From NCBI GenBank assembly GCA_963575745.1, contig CAUYUJ010000022.1, positions 1 through 64,000 on the forward strand: DNA of 64,000 nucleotides. Direction: 5' to 3'. Positions 46,601-59,950 of the stretch are shown here, piece by piece; position 1 is the stretch's first letter; the number at the start of each line of letters is the position of its first letter. The notes beneath the pieces were generated by a model. That model was not told where the DNA came from. It was given only the letters and a program-made list of their open reading frames with translations, and did not search any database. The translations under genes were made by a program, and so were the position numbers. This DNA is from Prorocentrum cordatum. Lineage: Eukaryota.

Positions 46601-48248
46601 TTCCGCGCGCCGCCCCGCGAGCCTGCCGCTGGCGGCGGCCCCCGCCGCGACCGCCTCGCCCTGCACGCCGCCCCGGCAGGCTCCCGCCAGTCGTCCCGGC
46701 CCCCGCCGCCGCCCGCAGCGGCGTCGTCGTCGCCGCGGTCGGCGTCGGGGTCGTAGCCTTGGGAGGGTTTCTCCGAAGGGCTTAGGCGACCCCTCCTCCT
46801 CCTCCTCCTCCTCCTCCTCCTCCTCCTCCTCCTCCTCCTCCTCCTCTTCGTCCTCCTCCTCCTCCTTTACCTCCTCCTCCTCCTCCCCACCAGGAGGAGG
46901 AGGAGGAGGAGTTGCTCTGCGTTTGCTCCTCCTCCTCATCTTCCTCATCCTCCATCTTCTCCTCTTCCTCCTCCTCTTCCTCCTCCTCCTCCTCCTCCTC
47001 CTCCTCCTCCTCCTCCTCCTCGGGTCGCCCACGGCCCCGGGGAAACCGTGCACACGTAATTCGCCTCGTCGCCGCAGTCGGCGTCGGGCTCGTAGCCTCG
47101 GCGTCGGGGTCGTAGCCATTGGGTCGTACACATCCCGCTGGGGAGGCCCCCGAGACGGTCCAAGACGCCCAAGTATGGCCTGAAGGAGGCCGAAGAGGCG
47201 CCCAGGACGCTCCAAAATAGGCCCGAGAGGTATCTCAAGAGGGCCCCCAAAGGCACACATGTTCAAGACCCCATACGGAAACGTGCATTCTTAGAACATC
47301 CGCCGATCCAGCGCGTGAGTTTCTGAGAGCGTGGGCTTGAGCTCGCCCAAGCTTCGCTCTGTCGGGGGGGGGGGGGGGATGCCATTCAGGCCTGGGTCCT
47401 TCGGCCGTTTTGCCCTTTTCGGGCTTCCTGGGAGGCCTTCGTCGCCACCGCTGGATTCGCCTCGAGATTCTGGTCAGAACGCACCCCGGGAGAGGTCCGG
47501 GGAGTAGCGGTAGCGGTGCCTTGTGGTCTCCCCAGATGGCGTCGTCGCCGTCGTTCGAAAGAGGGATCAGTTGCAGAACCATAAGCTGTTGGCGCTCCGC
47601 GCGGCTTTCTTGGATCTGCGCTGGGCCCTCCCCGCGACGCCTCCAGAGCCGTGCCTGGCGCGCTCGATTTGTAGTCGTCGTCGCCGCGGTCGGCGTCGGG
47701 ATCGTAGCCGTCGTCGCCGGCGGCGGCCGCGGTTGCGGCCTTGTCGTTCGCAGAACACGCAAAGTCTCACAGCCCCGAGCCATCAGGGCTGGGGCCAGTT
47801 GGGCATAGCTACAGATTCGCGCCTCGGGGGCCCAAGCCGGAGTTACCCCGGGCCGCAGTGATGCCAGATAATCTGGCGTCCAACCCTTTCGAATCATCAG
47901 GGCTGGGGGCCCAAACCGAAGCTACCTCGAACAGCAGAGTTTTCGGCGGTCCGCGCGGATTCCTTGGATCGGGGCTGGAGGCGCCGCGACGGCCCTATCT
48001 CGAGAACGACAAGGGCGACGAGGAGGAGGACTCAGGAGGAGAAGGATGGACTACACGTAAAAAGGAACCCTTCGCCGGAGTGACCTGTGGTACGGGCCAG
48101 ATGGGGCCCCCCGATCGCCGAAGGCGATGCGATGCTCGCGTCTGGCGCGCTCGGGTTTGGCCCCTCCGCGGCTCCCCGGAAGCCGCGCGTCAACGGTCCA
48201 CGCACGCCATGGGGCCACTCCCCCCGCGCGCAGCCGAGGGGGGGGGGC

Positions 48249-48627
48249 TCGGGCCGGGCGAAAGGGGGGGGAAATTGGGGAAGGGGGGGTTACGAAATTT
48301 GCTGCACATGCAGCTGGTTTCGGCCTCGCCGGGGGGCCCCATCCTCGATGCCTGGCCGCCTCCGGCGCTGGGAGGCGCGGGGGAAATCAGCTGCGTGGGT
48401 TGATTCTCGAACCCCCCCTTTGCTTCGGAGGGCACCAACTATACACCGACACCGATCCTGGCCCAGGATCACCCTGGGCCCAGGATCGGTGTATATGCCT
48501 TCTTGCCCAAGGCAGGAGGGCGTATACACCGATCCTGGGCCCAGGGTGATCCTGGCCAGGATCGGTGTTGGTGTAAAGTTGGCGCCTTCCTATTGCTATT
48601 CCCCCCCCCCCCTTTCGCCCGACCCGA
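48249..48627. mobile_element. MITE-like family E copy interrupted by palindromic element F (48425-48592)
   Basis: E TIR TCGGG.CGGGCGAAAGGGGGG; F is an almost perfect fold-back with TTGCT duplicated (48420-48424 / 48593-48597). Confidence 0.8.
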
Positions 48628-48762
48628 TCGGGGCGGCGAGGACGCCCGACGAGGAGGAGCTTGGCAGTCGCCTCGGCAGGCCTGCGCGGCGCCCCCGGGC
48701 GGCGGCGCGGGAGCCGCCCGCGGCTCCCCCGGCAGCGCGGGCGGGGGGGGGGAGGGGGAGGG

Positions 48763-48957
48763 TCGGGTCGGGCGAAAGGGGGGGATTGGGAAAGGGGGGG
48801 TTACGAAATTTGCTGCATGCAGCTGGTTTCGGCCCCACCGAGGGGCCCATTCCTCGATACATCGCCGCCTCCGGCGCCGGGAGGCGCCGGGAAAATCAGC
48901 TACTTGAGCTGATTCTCAAACCCCCCCTTTGCTATCCCCCCCTTTCGCCCGACCCGA
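48763..48957. mobile_element. Family E copy (intact, about 195 bp)
   Basis: Reverse-complement match to 31611-31806; about 40-bp TIRs. Confidence 0.8.
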
Positions 48958-50159
48958 GAGGGGGAGGGGGGCGGCGGGGTCCGGCGCGGGAGAGTCCGAT
49001 CTGAGGGGCGCTCGCGGGAGGGCCATGGCGAGGGGAGGGAGGAGGGAGGGCCTCGAGGACCGAAGAGTGCCCGACCCCGAGAGTGCGACGGAGACGTGGC
49101 CTCGCCGAGGTCCCCTCTTTTTCCTCATGGGAGCGAATGCATCTGGGCGGTTTGCTTCGATACGTCCGCAGGAAGGACCCCTTATCCCTAATTACTGTTC
49201 CTGGCCATCCTAGATGAGGTCGCCTCCCCAAGGGTTATGGGTCCTTCTCCTCCTCCTCCTCCTCCTCCTCCTCCTCCTCCTCCTCCTCCTCCTTCTATAC
49301 CCACTCTACTCGGAAAGCGAGGGGCCGAGCGGAAGTTACCCGGTCCCTGGGTGCTCGGCTGCAGCGGGGCTCCGCGGAGCGAACAATTCGTCGTCCTCGT
49401 CGTGGTCGTGCTTGTCGCTCTTGTTGCCGTCGTCCTCGCCCGCGGCCCGCCCGCGGCCCGCCCGCGACCCACCCGCGACCCACCCGCGATTCAACCGCGA
49501 CCCACCCGCGACACGCCCGAGAGCCACCCGTGACCCACTCAAGTTGCTTTGGCGGGAATAATCGTCGCCTGCGGCGGGCCGCTTGCGTAGCGTGTGAGGG
49601 AAGCCGGCGTTTGCGGAGGGTTTTTCTAGTTTTCTCTCGTGCCGCGCAGGTTGCCGAAGACCCCACTATTTACGCCCCCATCACCTTTATCAGCACGTGT
49701 GTGTGTGGGGGGCTTCCATACGTTACACATTTACAGGGTATAAGCATACGCACTCCCCCGAGGGAGTAAAGACCATATTCGTTTATCGGTGTGAATGACT
49801 TCGTTGTTTGTTGGCAGCTTCGCTCAGGATATGTTCAACATGTTTTATTCCTGTCGTTTCCTTCACGCAGAACGTGACGTTCGTGTCAACTAAAATAGAC
49901 ATTGGGCGTTCAACAGCCTTCTGCTAAGGCTCGCCCCTTCTCACTCCCCCCGGGCTCGCCGCCGACATCTGTAACCATGGAGATGCGGCAAGAGGGCCTG
50001 GCCCTGCTGGGGCCCAGAGGGAGTTGTCCAGAGAAGCACAAGCAGACACACACAATCGCCGATTCCTAGGAGCATGCGAAGGCATGTAGGGAGCGGAGGG
50101 GAAGACGAACATCCAGATCATGTAGAAAATCCGGGGGGATCCTGGGATGAGTGTCTACT

Positions 50160-50190
<31 letters not shown>

Positions 50191-51300
50191 GGGCCCCGCG
50201 AGCCCAGGGGACTTGGCCCGAGATGTGGCCTTGGGCCCCCTGCCGCAGCCCTCTGGGCTGGGAGCCGAGCGGCAGGCCGGCGGGCTCCCGCGCCAGGCCC
50301 CGGGTGGGCGGGCGGCGAGGCCTTCCGTGGCCGGGGCGCCCGCAGACTGGCCGAGGCGGCAGCGTGAGGGGGCCACTCCTCCTCCCCCTCCTCCTCCTCC
50401 TCCTCCTCCTCCTCCTCCCCCTCCTCCTGCTCCCCCTCCTCCTCCTCCTCCTCCTCCTCCTCCTCCTCCTCCTCCTCCTTCTCCTCCTCCCCCTCCTCTC
50501 CCCCCTTCTCCTCCTCCTCGCCCCTCCCCCTCTTGCCCCTCTGACGCCCTCCCCCTCCTTGCCCCTCGCCCGAAAGAAGGGGTTGCCCAGCAACAGATGT
50601 TGCCCCAAACCAACAGCGGCCGCTGTTGGGCAGGCGGCCCTCTGTCTCAAGTGTGCACAGGCCGCGGCGACACCGACAGCGGGTCCTGTTCAAAATGAGC
50701 AAGAACTGCTGTGGGGCATTGTGCCCATTCTTTCCGTACCCATGTCGGGCGTCCAAAAGTGTGAGGGGGCCACTCACCAGCCTCGAATTTATCCCTATCC
50801 CGAAGATTGACACGCCGAAAGGCGATGACAACCTGAGGAATGCGCCCTGAAAGACTAAGGGAATCCCTAAGATTGGCACTGTGATGAGGCGATGCCCAGC
50901 TTAGGGATAGTGATATGTTCCAGGCTGGTAGGCCACGTGCGAGCCCTACCCCTGCCCTCCACGATTCCTGAGGGGGAGGGCTGGGTCCACCTCGCTCTGG
51001 AGCCCCCTAGGTGTGTCGCAGGCGAGTTGTCTCCCCCTGCCCCCGACGTTTCGACGGAGACTGAAGCCGCTCCGAAGAGGGGGGGAAACCCTGGGCTACA
51101 GCCCCAGGGGTCTTCGGTCGCACCCCTGTCGAGGATGGACGCCCTCCCACCGTACATCCCAGGGCTGGGCCCCAAGCTTCTAGTCCAGTCGAACACCTCC
51201 CAAAGCCTGAGATCGGGGTCAACATGCCCCCTGTTAGCGTATCCGTCCGTCCGTCTTTTCTGTCCTGCCCAGCTGTGTCCCTCTAGTGTACCCGTATACC

Positions 51301-51453
51301 AGGAAAGGCAGAGGTACCCATTCCGCTATCCTCGCCACGTTTTCCCTTGTCGTGTGCCTCCTGGGAGGCCCTCGTCGCCACCGCTGGATTCGCCTCGAAA
51401 TTCTGGTCAGAACGCGCCGCGGGAGAGATTCGGGGAGTAGCGGCATCGGTACC
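51301..51453 (+). mobile_element. Short dispersed element family C (about 150 bp)
   Basis: Core CCTGGGAGGCCCTCGTCGCCACCGCTGGATTC...GGGGAGTAGCGG shared with about 31995-32160, 47385-47522 and (reverse) 60613-60760. Confidence 0.75.
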
Positions 51454-52097
51454 TCCCCCAAGGACGCGGACGGCTTCTCAGACGGCGGGGGGGCTTCTTA
51501 GAAGCCCTGCCACTTTCTCAGAAGGCCTGCCCCCTCTGTTTTCCCCCCTCGGCGCGCCGCCGACTGACGTCTGACATCTTCGCATCGTGAATAGGTAACT
51601 GCGGGAGGTTTTTGTTCATTCTCGGCGGTTGGGGCACTGGAGTTGACAGCAAGAACGGGCCAGGATGAGAAAGCAGCCAGTTCCAGGCCTCTGGGGAGCC
51701 ACGTGTCGAACAGAAACTGCGGGCATTCGGCGAGGTGGCATGCGCACCGCCCTCCATGGGCCGCCAGGCCCACCACTGCCGCTGCCGCTGCTGCCGCGAT
51801 CCGCCTGCCGCCGCCGCCGCCTGCGTCTCCGCTGCTGCTGCTCTGGCCGATGCCGCTGCTCGCTTCTCCGCGGCGCGCGCGCGCGCTGTGCTGCTGCCGA
51901 CCCGCTCGATGTTGCTGCCGATGCTGCTCCCTGCCTCTTCGCGGCGAGCGCGCGCGCGCGCGCCCGCGGGCAGGACACGGGCCAGCCAGAGCGCTGCCAG
52001 GCCCCCAGGGCGGCCTCCGACAGGGCGCGCCAGGGCGGCTGGGCGCGGGTGCGTGGACCACGCCGCGGGCGCGGGAGGACGGGGGGGGGGTAGGGGG

Positions 52098-52254
52098 AAG
52101 TCGGGCATGTCCCTCTACAGGAGGAACATGTTTGACATAGTTTTGCAAGATAGTATGAAGACGATTGCTTTCACTACTTTCGTAATTTTCGAATTGTTTG
52201 AATATCTCCCAGTTCTCCTTCCAAAATCAGCCGTTCGGAGGACACGCCCGACCT
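52098..52254. mobile_element. Family B copy
   Basis: TIRs present; GGTAGGGGG repeated on both flanks. Confidence 0.7.
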
Positions 52255-52562
52255 ACTAAAGGTAGGGGGGGTCGTCCTTCACCCTCCTGCCTGCTGCTGC
52301 TTCTGCCCCTCGTCGCCCCGCCCCCTTCTGAGGATGGACAGCCACGCCGACAATGCCGAAGCCCTTCCCTCGCGTTCGCTTCCTGGGCCACCATGGGGTG
52401 CTCACGCCGCCACTGGCTTGGAATTGCCTCGACGTCCCCGGCCGGAGCGAGCACCCTTGGCGATGTCAGGGGGCGCTTGCGGTATCCGCATTGTTCTGTC
52501 CCCCCACCCCGTCGAACTGATAAGTTGTTGTTGTTATTGTCGTTGATGGTGATGATGATAAG

Positions 52563-52618
<56 letters not shown>

Positions 52619-53867
52619 GTGGTGGTAGTTGGCGATGGCGATGGTGATGATGATGATGGCGTTGCTGCTGAGGAAAATGAAAATGACGCTGCTGATGATG
52701 CTGACTATGATGCTGCTGCTGATGATGGTGACAAGCAGGAAGAGGAGGAGGCGCAGGAGGAGGAGGAGGAGGAGGAGGAGGAGGAGGAGGGGGATGAAGG
52801 GAAGTGATACTCGGGCGCTCACGAGCAGCGCCCCTCGCCTTGCAGTTGTGGCCGTCGAGGCCGCCGCTCCACACCAGAACGCCACGAGCTCTCTCATGCA
52901 ATGCATGCTCACCGTCCGCCCTTCCTCCTCCTCCTCCTCCTCCTCCTCCTCCTCCGCCTCCTCCTCCGCCTCCTCCTCCTCCTCCCTCTCCCCCTCCTCC
53001 TCTTCCTCATCCTCCTCCTCCTCCTCCTCCTCCTCCTCCAGTGCCCCGATGTCTTCATTGTCTGGTGTTTTCGTTCTTGGGGGCTTGGGCTTGATGGCGG
53101 GTCGCTGGTTGCCGATGCTTGGTTCTATCGGGATCTGGGTCCAGGCAGGTCCTCGATAGGGGGGCGTTCGTCGCGTTTCGATGGGTTGGGCTGGCTGGCC
53201 AGGATCGGGGGCATGCTCAGGGCCAAACAGGATCGGGGAAGTTGCGCATGTCCATACGTATTCGATCGGTTCTCCGGAAGTTAAGCGAACCGCGACTTAC
53301 CGCGCGTGCCCGCAGCACTTTCTCTCAAGGGAAGAAAAACACCCAGACCTGGACAATTGGCGTTTACTGAGCGGCCCTGGGCGTTTACTAAACAGCCCTG
53401 CTCTGTTCGATTCCTTCCTTGGGCGCGTTTGCTAAACGGCTTCGCTTGTCGGAGTGCTTGATATGGAGCTGGATTTTCTACCCGGCAGCGGCGGCGAGGG
53501 CGGCGCAGCCGCAGCGGCAGCTCCAGACCCCCGACGCCATGATTTCTCGTGCCCAGGATATGTGGACCCCGGACACGTCAGGGCCGCTTTTGCACCCTTT
53601 CCGGAAAAATGTCGGTTGAAAATGGAAACGGTCAAACAACGGCGACTTGAAACAGCAAGAAAACGGCTCCGGAATTGGAACCGGCGGAAGACGCAACCAG
53701 AACAAAAAACGGCTATGGGACCGGCAAAAAACGACGACGGAACCGGCAACAAAAACGGCAAAACGGACCCAGTGAAGAAACAACCCTGTCGCATCCAGGG
53801 CCCATTATGCCCAGGAATTTGTCCATTATGGTATGTTTTGTTTGTCCACCACTCAGAGGCACCAAGC

Positions 53868-53914
<47 letters not shown>

Positions 53915-54399
53915 GTGTGTGCGTGTTGTTTCAGCAGCTGTCGCTCGGAGAAGCAACCGGAAAGTTGTACGCTGTAAGTTGGTTTGTGGCGGTTTGGCGC
54001 AGCCCCATGGGACAGGAACTGGATACCTTAGTATATATATATATATGTATACACGCTCGGTTCCCACTTGTTGACGACGTTGATCCCCCTGGGATGTGTC
54101 GACCCAATCCCCCGGCGGGTTTTTCAGTCCGAGCCATTTTTTTACGTTCGCGGGGCTCAGCGAGGACTGGCCGAACATTGTTTCCAACGCGGAAAAATCA
54201 TGAACCCACCCTAGCATAAACATCAAATCCCGCAGGTCCGCGCGGATTCCTTGTATCGGCGTTGGGGTCCGCTGGCGGCGCGTCCGACGCTGTCCCGGGC
54301 GCGCTCCGCGCGCCAGGGAGGGGGGTCCAGTACCGATCTAAGGAATCCGCGCGGACATCCGAGAAGTGTTAGCCAGAGTAGGCCACAAACACCATGTGT

Positions 54400-56950
54400 C
54401 TAGCAGCCCATGTTGTGCAACATTTTGGGAGCGATCCATGCAATGCAGCGTAGGTGGTACAATAAAGGTATGTAGAGGTTGCGCAGTATATGTAGTGCAA
54501 TTTATGTTGTGCAAACCACGTGGGGCAATATAGTGTGCGCGTACTACGCAGTGCAACATACGATTGCACTCTACGAGGTGCAACCATTGTGGTGCATACG
54601 CGTTGTGCAGCCTAGGTGCAATCGATTCTGGCAGTCTGTGTGGTGCAGTCCAGGTTGAACTGTTTTTACGTGGAGCAACACTTGTGATGCAACATATGTG
54701 GTACGACCTATGGTGTTCAATGTATATGGTGCTAGTGTGGTACGACCGACGCGGCCGCAGTGGCGCTGACCGCTCGGCACATCCGAGCGGGCACTGCAGC
54801 GCGAGTCGTCGACTTGGGCGGCCACGGTTGCATGGCAACGTCGACAACAGAAGACGCGATGATGATAGTAGCGATATTGGTGGCGATGCTGATTGCAACG
54901 ACGGGGCAGCCAGCGGCGGCGCCGATGTTGATCATGCCGGCGACGATGACGGCGTCTTCGCGTCGGTGATGAAATTTTTGGAAGGAGTTCGAAATGCGCG
55001 CGGCAGACGCGCGAGAGTTGCCCGCATGGTATTGTTTGACACGGATCGTGCCACCCCAGTTCGCGCGCAAGGGCGTTCGAACAATTTCGACATGAACGCG
55101 TGAAGCCCGTTTGGTAGCATGTTCTGAAAATGTTTTAAACTGTTGTTTTTTATTCTGTCTTAAGTTATCTGAAGAATTCGCAGGAGCGCGCGCCAGCTTT
55201 TGTTGAACACCTGTGTTGCGAAACCATGAGATGTTGTATTTTTTGGGGAAACGCGTCTTTGAAATCCTGACGAAACCGAAGGTGCCTGAAGGATTCCAGC
55301 GTGCGCGCGCGACGACGCACGCGGGCGTTTGTCGTCTCATCTGTTGCAAAGGATATTGAACAGTTATGGTTTGCGATAAACGAGCACGCGCGCATAATTT
55401 TGTTTGCAGGGGGGGGGCCGGGGCGGGGTCGATACCGGCCTGATAGGGATGGTCCGAATTCATATTTAAGATGGGCGATGGGCAGAATCGCATGTAAATT
55501 GCAATGCGAAAAAACGGAGCTCGATAATCCCAGCGGGGGGGGGGACTGACTCTTCGCTTTTATTAAGAGAGTCCGGGTTTTGCAGGTTCTGGTGTGCAAT
55601 CTTTGTCGTGCCGTATGTGATGTACAACCTATATGGTGCAACATACGTTTTGCAATATATGTGGTGCCATTTGCGTGGTGCACATCACGATGTGCATTCG
55701 ATGTGGTACACATTGTGTTGTGTCATCTGTGAAGCAACATGTGTTGTGCCTCGCATGTGGCAGAATGTACCGTGTGCATTCCACGTTGTGCAACAGAAGC
55801 CCTGTAACTTATGGGGTGCATGTGCAAACTATGTGGTGGTCAATCTATGTAGTGCAATCGAAGCGAGGTAACCTATGCGGAGCAACGTCTGTGGTGCATG
55901 TTATATTCGCAGTCGTCCAACCCACCCACCCGCAACTTGGTTTGCAAAACCCATGCGGCGAGGATTGGGGCTGCTTCGCGCTGGCAGGCGCATCGCTGCA
56001 GCCGCACTCGCGCGCACAGGTTCGCGCGCAGAGCGACCAGCTGTTCTATTCTGGCGCGACCAACGCGGCCGCGGTGGCGCTGACCGCTGCGGATTCCCCT
56101 TTGCGTCTCGCAGGCCGCGCTAACGCGCGGTCACTTCAGCGTGGCCCGGGCGGGCGCGGTGTCATGGCAGCGTCGGCAACGGCAGCCACGATGATGATTG
56201 CAGCGATGCTGGTGACGCTGTGACGTTGATGACGGCAAGGCCAATGACGGTGCCGATGCTGATCACGCCGGTGACGATGATGGTGTCCACGTGTCGGTGA
56301 TTAAGTTCGCTGAAGGATCTCAGCAAACGCGCGCAAAGACTGACCGAGTGGCCCGCATGGTTTTATGTGACACGGGTCGTGCCACCACCCCGTTTCAGAA
56401 CGCACGTAATTGACGAAGGATCAACACGCACCCATACCCATAGGGGGGACGGAATGAGCTATGGGTGCGTGTTGTCGGATGTGGGTCCCAGCTCGAACGG
56501 GAGCCTTCCCAGGGGTCCGACAACCCGCACCCATACCCATAGCCAGTCCTTCTCCCTCCGACCTCCCAATGGGTATGTGTGTTGTTCGTTCGTCACGTAA
56601 TGGCGTTCGAATGGGTTCGACATACGTAATGTCGTTCGAATGGGTTCGACATGCGCGCGGCATGTACGTCTGGTCGAGTGTGCTCAGAGATGTGGGTCAG
56701 CCGATGGTTCTTTGAACGCGAGACAACGCACAATCGTGCACGCTATTTGTTTTCGGGGCACTCGAATATGAAACGCTTGCGACGCATTGGATGTTTGAAA
56801 GATTCCGGCATGCGACTGGGACGGCACGCGCGTGTGCACATCGTCTCATTTGTTGCAACGGAGTTTTAGAGATTGGTGCTTTGTGATAACCGAATGTACG
56901 TATGCTCACAATGTCTTTTGCAAGGGGTGAGGGGTGGGGGTCGAAACCGT
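54400..56950 (+). repeat. Diverged direct duplication of about 1.1-1.3 kb (about 54400-55530 vs about 55590-56950) with TGTGG/GCAAC-rich head
   Basis: Shared blocks GCGGCCGC.GTGGCGCTGACCGCT, GGCCCGCATGGT...GACACGG.TCGTGCCACC and GTCTCAT.TGTTGCAA; the second copy carries a palindromic insert at about 56420-56585. Confidence 0.65.
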
Positions 56951-57059
56951 TTTGGCTAGGGTGACTGCACACCCTCAGGGGTGATGATCCCGGGGAGGGG
57001 AGTTCCTAATCCTTTGTTAGAGAAGGAAATATACGTGGTGCAACAATCTACGTCGCTCA

Positions 57060-57450
57060 GTTGCGGCGACGAGGCGGCGGCGGGGTGGCGACGGCGACGA
57101 CATAACCGCGAGACGCCCACGCATGCCCAGACGACGGGTGGCGACGAGGCGGCGACGGGGCGACGACGGCGACGACATAGCCGCCAGACCGGCACGCACG
57201 TCCCGACGACTTGCGGCGACGAGGCGCCGATGGGACTGCGACGGCGACGACATAGCCGCCGAACTTCCACACAAGCCCAGACGACGGGCGGCGAGGAGGC
57301 GGCGACGGTGCGGCGAACATAGCCGCCAGACCGGCACACAGGCCCAAATGACTGGCGGCGACGAGGCGGCGACGGTGACGACATAGCCGCCAGACCGGCA
57401 CGCAGGCTCAGACGATTCGCGGCGATGTGGCGGCGTAGCCGCTAGACCAG
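57060..57450 (+). repeat. About 60-70-bp tandem repeat (GGCGACGAGGCGGCGACG...ACATAGCCGCCAGACCGGCAC)
   Basis: About 6 diverged units. Confidence 0.8.
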
Positions 57451-58427
57451 CACGCAAGGCCACAGTTCCCTAGAAGAGAAATATGAACCCCTGAGTGCAC
57501 GCAGTGTTGCGTGTGTGTGTGTGTTTATGTTTTGTTTTAATAGAACTCCCGCCGTGACTCGTCGGTCGTCGTCGGTCTTCGTCCGTCGTCGTCGTCGTTG
57601 TCGGCGTGGGCATCGACGTCGTCGTCGACGTTGTCGTCGTGACTTTTTCTAGACCCGCGGGGGGCGGCCTTGCGGCGGGCCGCCAGCTCTCAGGACCCCG
57701 GCGCGGCTGCGCCGCTGGGGCCCGCGAGGTGGCGTCAAGCGCCCGCCCCGGCGTGGGGGGCCCGCTGCCCTGTCGCAGAGGCCAGGGGCAACAATAGGGG
57801 GGGGGGGATAGGCCCAGTATCGTTCAACCCTCACCCGCTCGGCGTTCAGCTGTTTTCGGCGTCTGGGGGCTTTCGCCGGGCGGCGGGGTCGTCAAGAAGG
57901 TCTGCAAGGACGAAGAACTGGTTCAGGGGAAAGGGTTAAGACCTCCAGAGGGTCGACGTGATCAGAAAATGATGACGTCGGGGGCCCAGGAATTTATCCC
58001 CATATGAGGCCCTGGCATCTCGTTCCCACCACCTCACCACCTTAGTTGGGGATATGCCCCTCGAAGCCCGAAGGGAACAGCTTATATCCGCATCTAGAAA
58101 GGTGAATCAGCCAGTGGGGCCCAGGCCACGCCAGTGGGGATAGGAATCCGTTAAACGATGCTCATAGGCGCAGAAGGAGGGGCACATCGACCCCCCAATC
58201 GCCCATTGATCTCCGATAGGGGCCCGATAGTCCGCCCCGCCCAGGACCGCGCGGATTCGCATTTGGGAGCCTATCGGCGATCTGGCCGCGACATATCGCC
58301 GACCCAGAGTCGATGCTTTCCCCCCCCCTGAGGGGTGAACACAGGACGGACAAGGGGGGAGGAGGACGAGGACGAGGAGGAAGGGGAACGAGGAGGAGGA
58401 GGAGGAGGAGGAGGCGGAGGAGGAGAG

Positions 58428-58462
<35 letters not shown>

Positions 58463-58986
58463 GGAAGCCAGTCCCCCCCCCAGCGTTCGTTGCCCCTCGA
58501 GAGGCCGGCGGCAGTGCCCCGAGCCCGCGGCTCAGCGGCATTGCGCCGGCACGCTGCGGCCTGGCTCGGCTTCCTCGCTCTCTCGGGCCTCTTCGCCGGG
58601 CGTTCTCGGCTGGCCTTTCTCGGGCGTTGCTTTGTCCTCCTCCTCCTCCTCCTCCCCCTCCTCCTCCTCCTCCTCCTCCTCCTCCTCCTCCTCCTCCTCC
58701 TCCTCCTCCTCCTCCTCCTCCTCCCCCTCCTCCTCCTCCTCCTCCCCCTCCTCCTCCTCCTCCTCCTCCTCCCTCCTCCTCCTCCTCCTCCTCCAACTCC
58801 TCCAACTCCTCCTCCAACTCTTCTGCCCCCCCCACCCCGGTTCCTTCCCGCGGCCGCCCGCCTGTTCCCGCCCTCCCCAAGGAGCGCCTGCCCCGCCCGA
58901 CCCGCTCGCGCGCGCGTGCAGACTGCCTCTGCCGCGCTGAGACTGAAGGTGCTCGCCGGTGCTCGGCGGTATTCCACACGCAGATC

Positions 58987-59140
58987 GGCCTCCACACACC
59001 ACCACCGTGCCAAGCCAGGGCCATCTTGGCCCTAGCATGGTGCATACGCCCTCCTGGCCGGCCGAGGCCAGGAGGGTCTATACACCATCCTAGGGCCCAG
59101 GATGGCCCTGATTAGCACGGTGGTGGTGTGTAGATGGGCC
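58987..59140. mobile_element. Fold-back palindrome related in its centre to element F
   Basis: CACCACCACCGTGC...GCACGGTGGTGGTG arms; central ATACGCCCTCCTGGCC/GGCCAGGAGGGTCTATACACC resembles the centre of F. Confidence 0.65.
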
Positions 59141-59284
59141 TCCAGCGGCTGCGCCTCGGCGAGGGCGTTGCTTCTGGATGCGCCCGGTGCCGAAGACGGG
59201 CGCTACAATAGAGGCCTGAGCAGTTGGCCCGGGAAGCGCCGCCGAGGACGGGAGGGAGTTTACCATACCGTGTTGGCGCCGTTC

Positions 59285-59950
59285 CTTCTCCTCCTCCTGC
59301 TCCTGCTCCTCTTCCTCCTCCTCCTCCTCCTCCTCCTCCTCCTCCTCCTCCCTTCTCCTCCTCCTCCTCCTCCTCCTCCTCCTCCTCCTCCTCCTCCTCC
59401 TCCTCCTCCTCCTCCTCCTCCCCCTCCTCCTCCTCCTCCTCCTCCTCCTCCCTCCTCCTCCTCCTCCTCCTCCACCTTCTCTTCCTCCTTTTTTCCTCCT
59501 CCTCCTCCTCCTCCTCCTCTTCCTCCTCCTCCTCATTCTCTTCCTTCTCTTCCTTCTTCTCCTCCTCCTCCTCCTTCTTCTCCTCCTTCTCTTCCTTCTC
59601 CTCCTCCTCCTCCTCATCATCATCATCATCATCATCACACTCCATCCCCCCTCCTCTACCTCCTCCTCCTGATACCTCCTCCTTCTCCTCCTCCCCCCTC
59701 CTCCTTTTTCCTCCTCCTCCTCCTTCTTCTCCTCCCCCCTCCCCCCCCTCCTCCCCTCCTCCTCCCTCCTCCTCCTCCTCCTCCTCCTCCTCCTCCTCCT
59801 CCTCCTCCTCCTCTTCTCCCCCTCCTCCTCCCCCTCCTCCTCCTCCTCCTCCTCCTCCTCCTCCTCCTCAACCCTCTCCTTCTCCTCCTGCTCCTCCTTC
59901 CCTCCTTCCTCCTCCTCTTTCTCCTCCTCCTTCTCCTTCTCCTCCTTCTG
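59285..59950 (-). repeat. (CCT)n-rich microsatellite field
   Basis: Direct inspection. Confidence 0.95.
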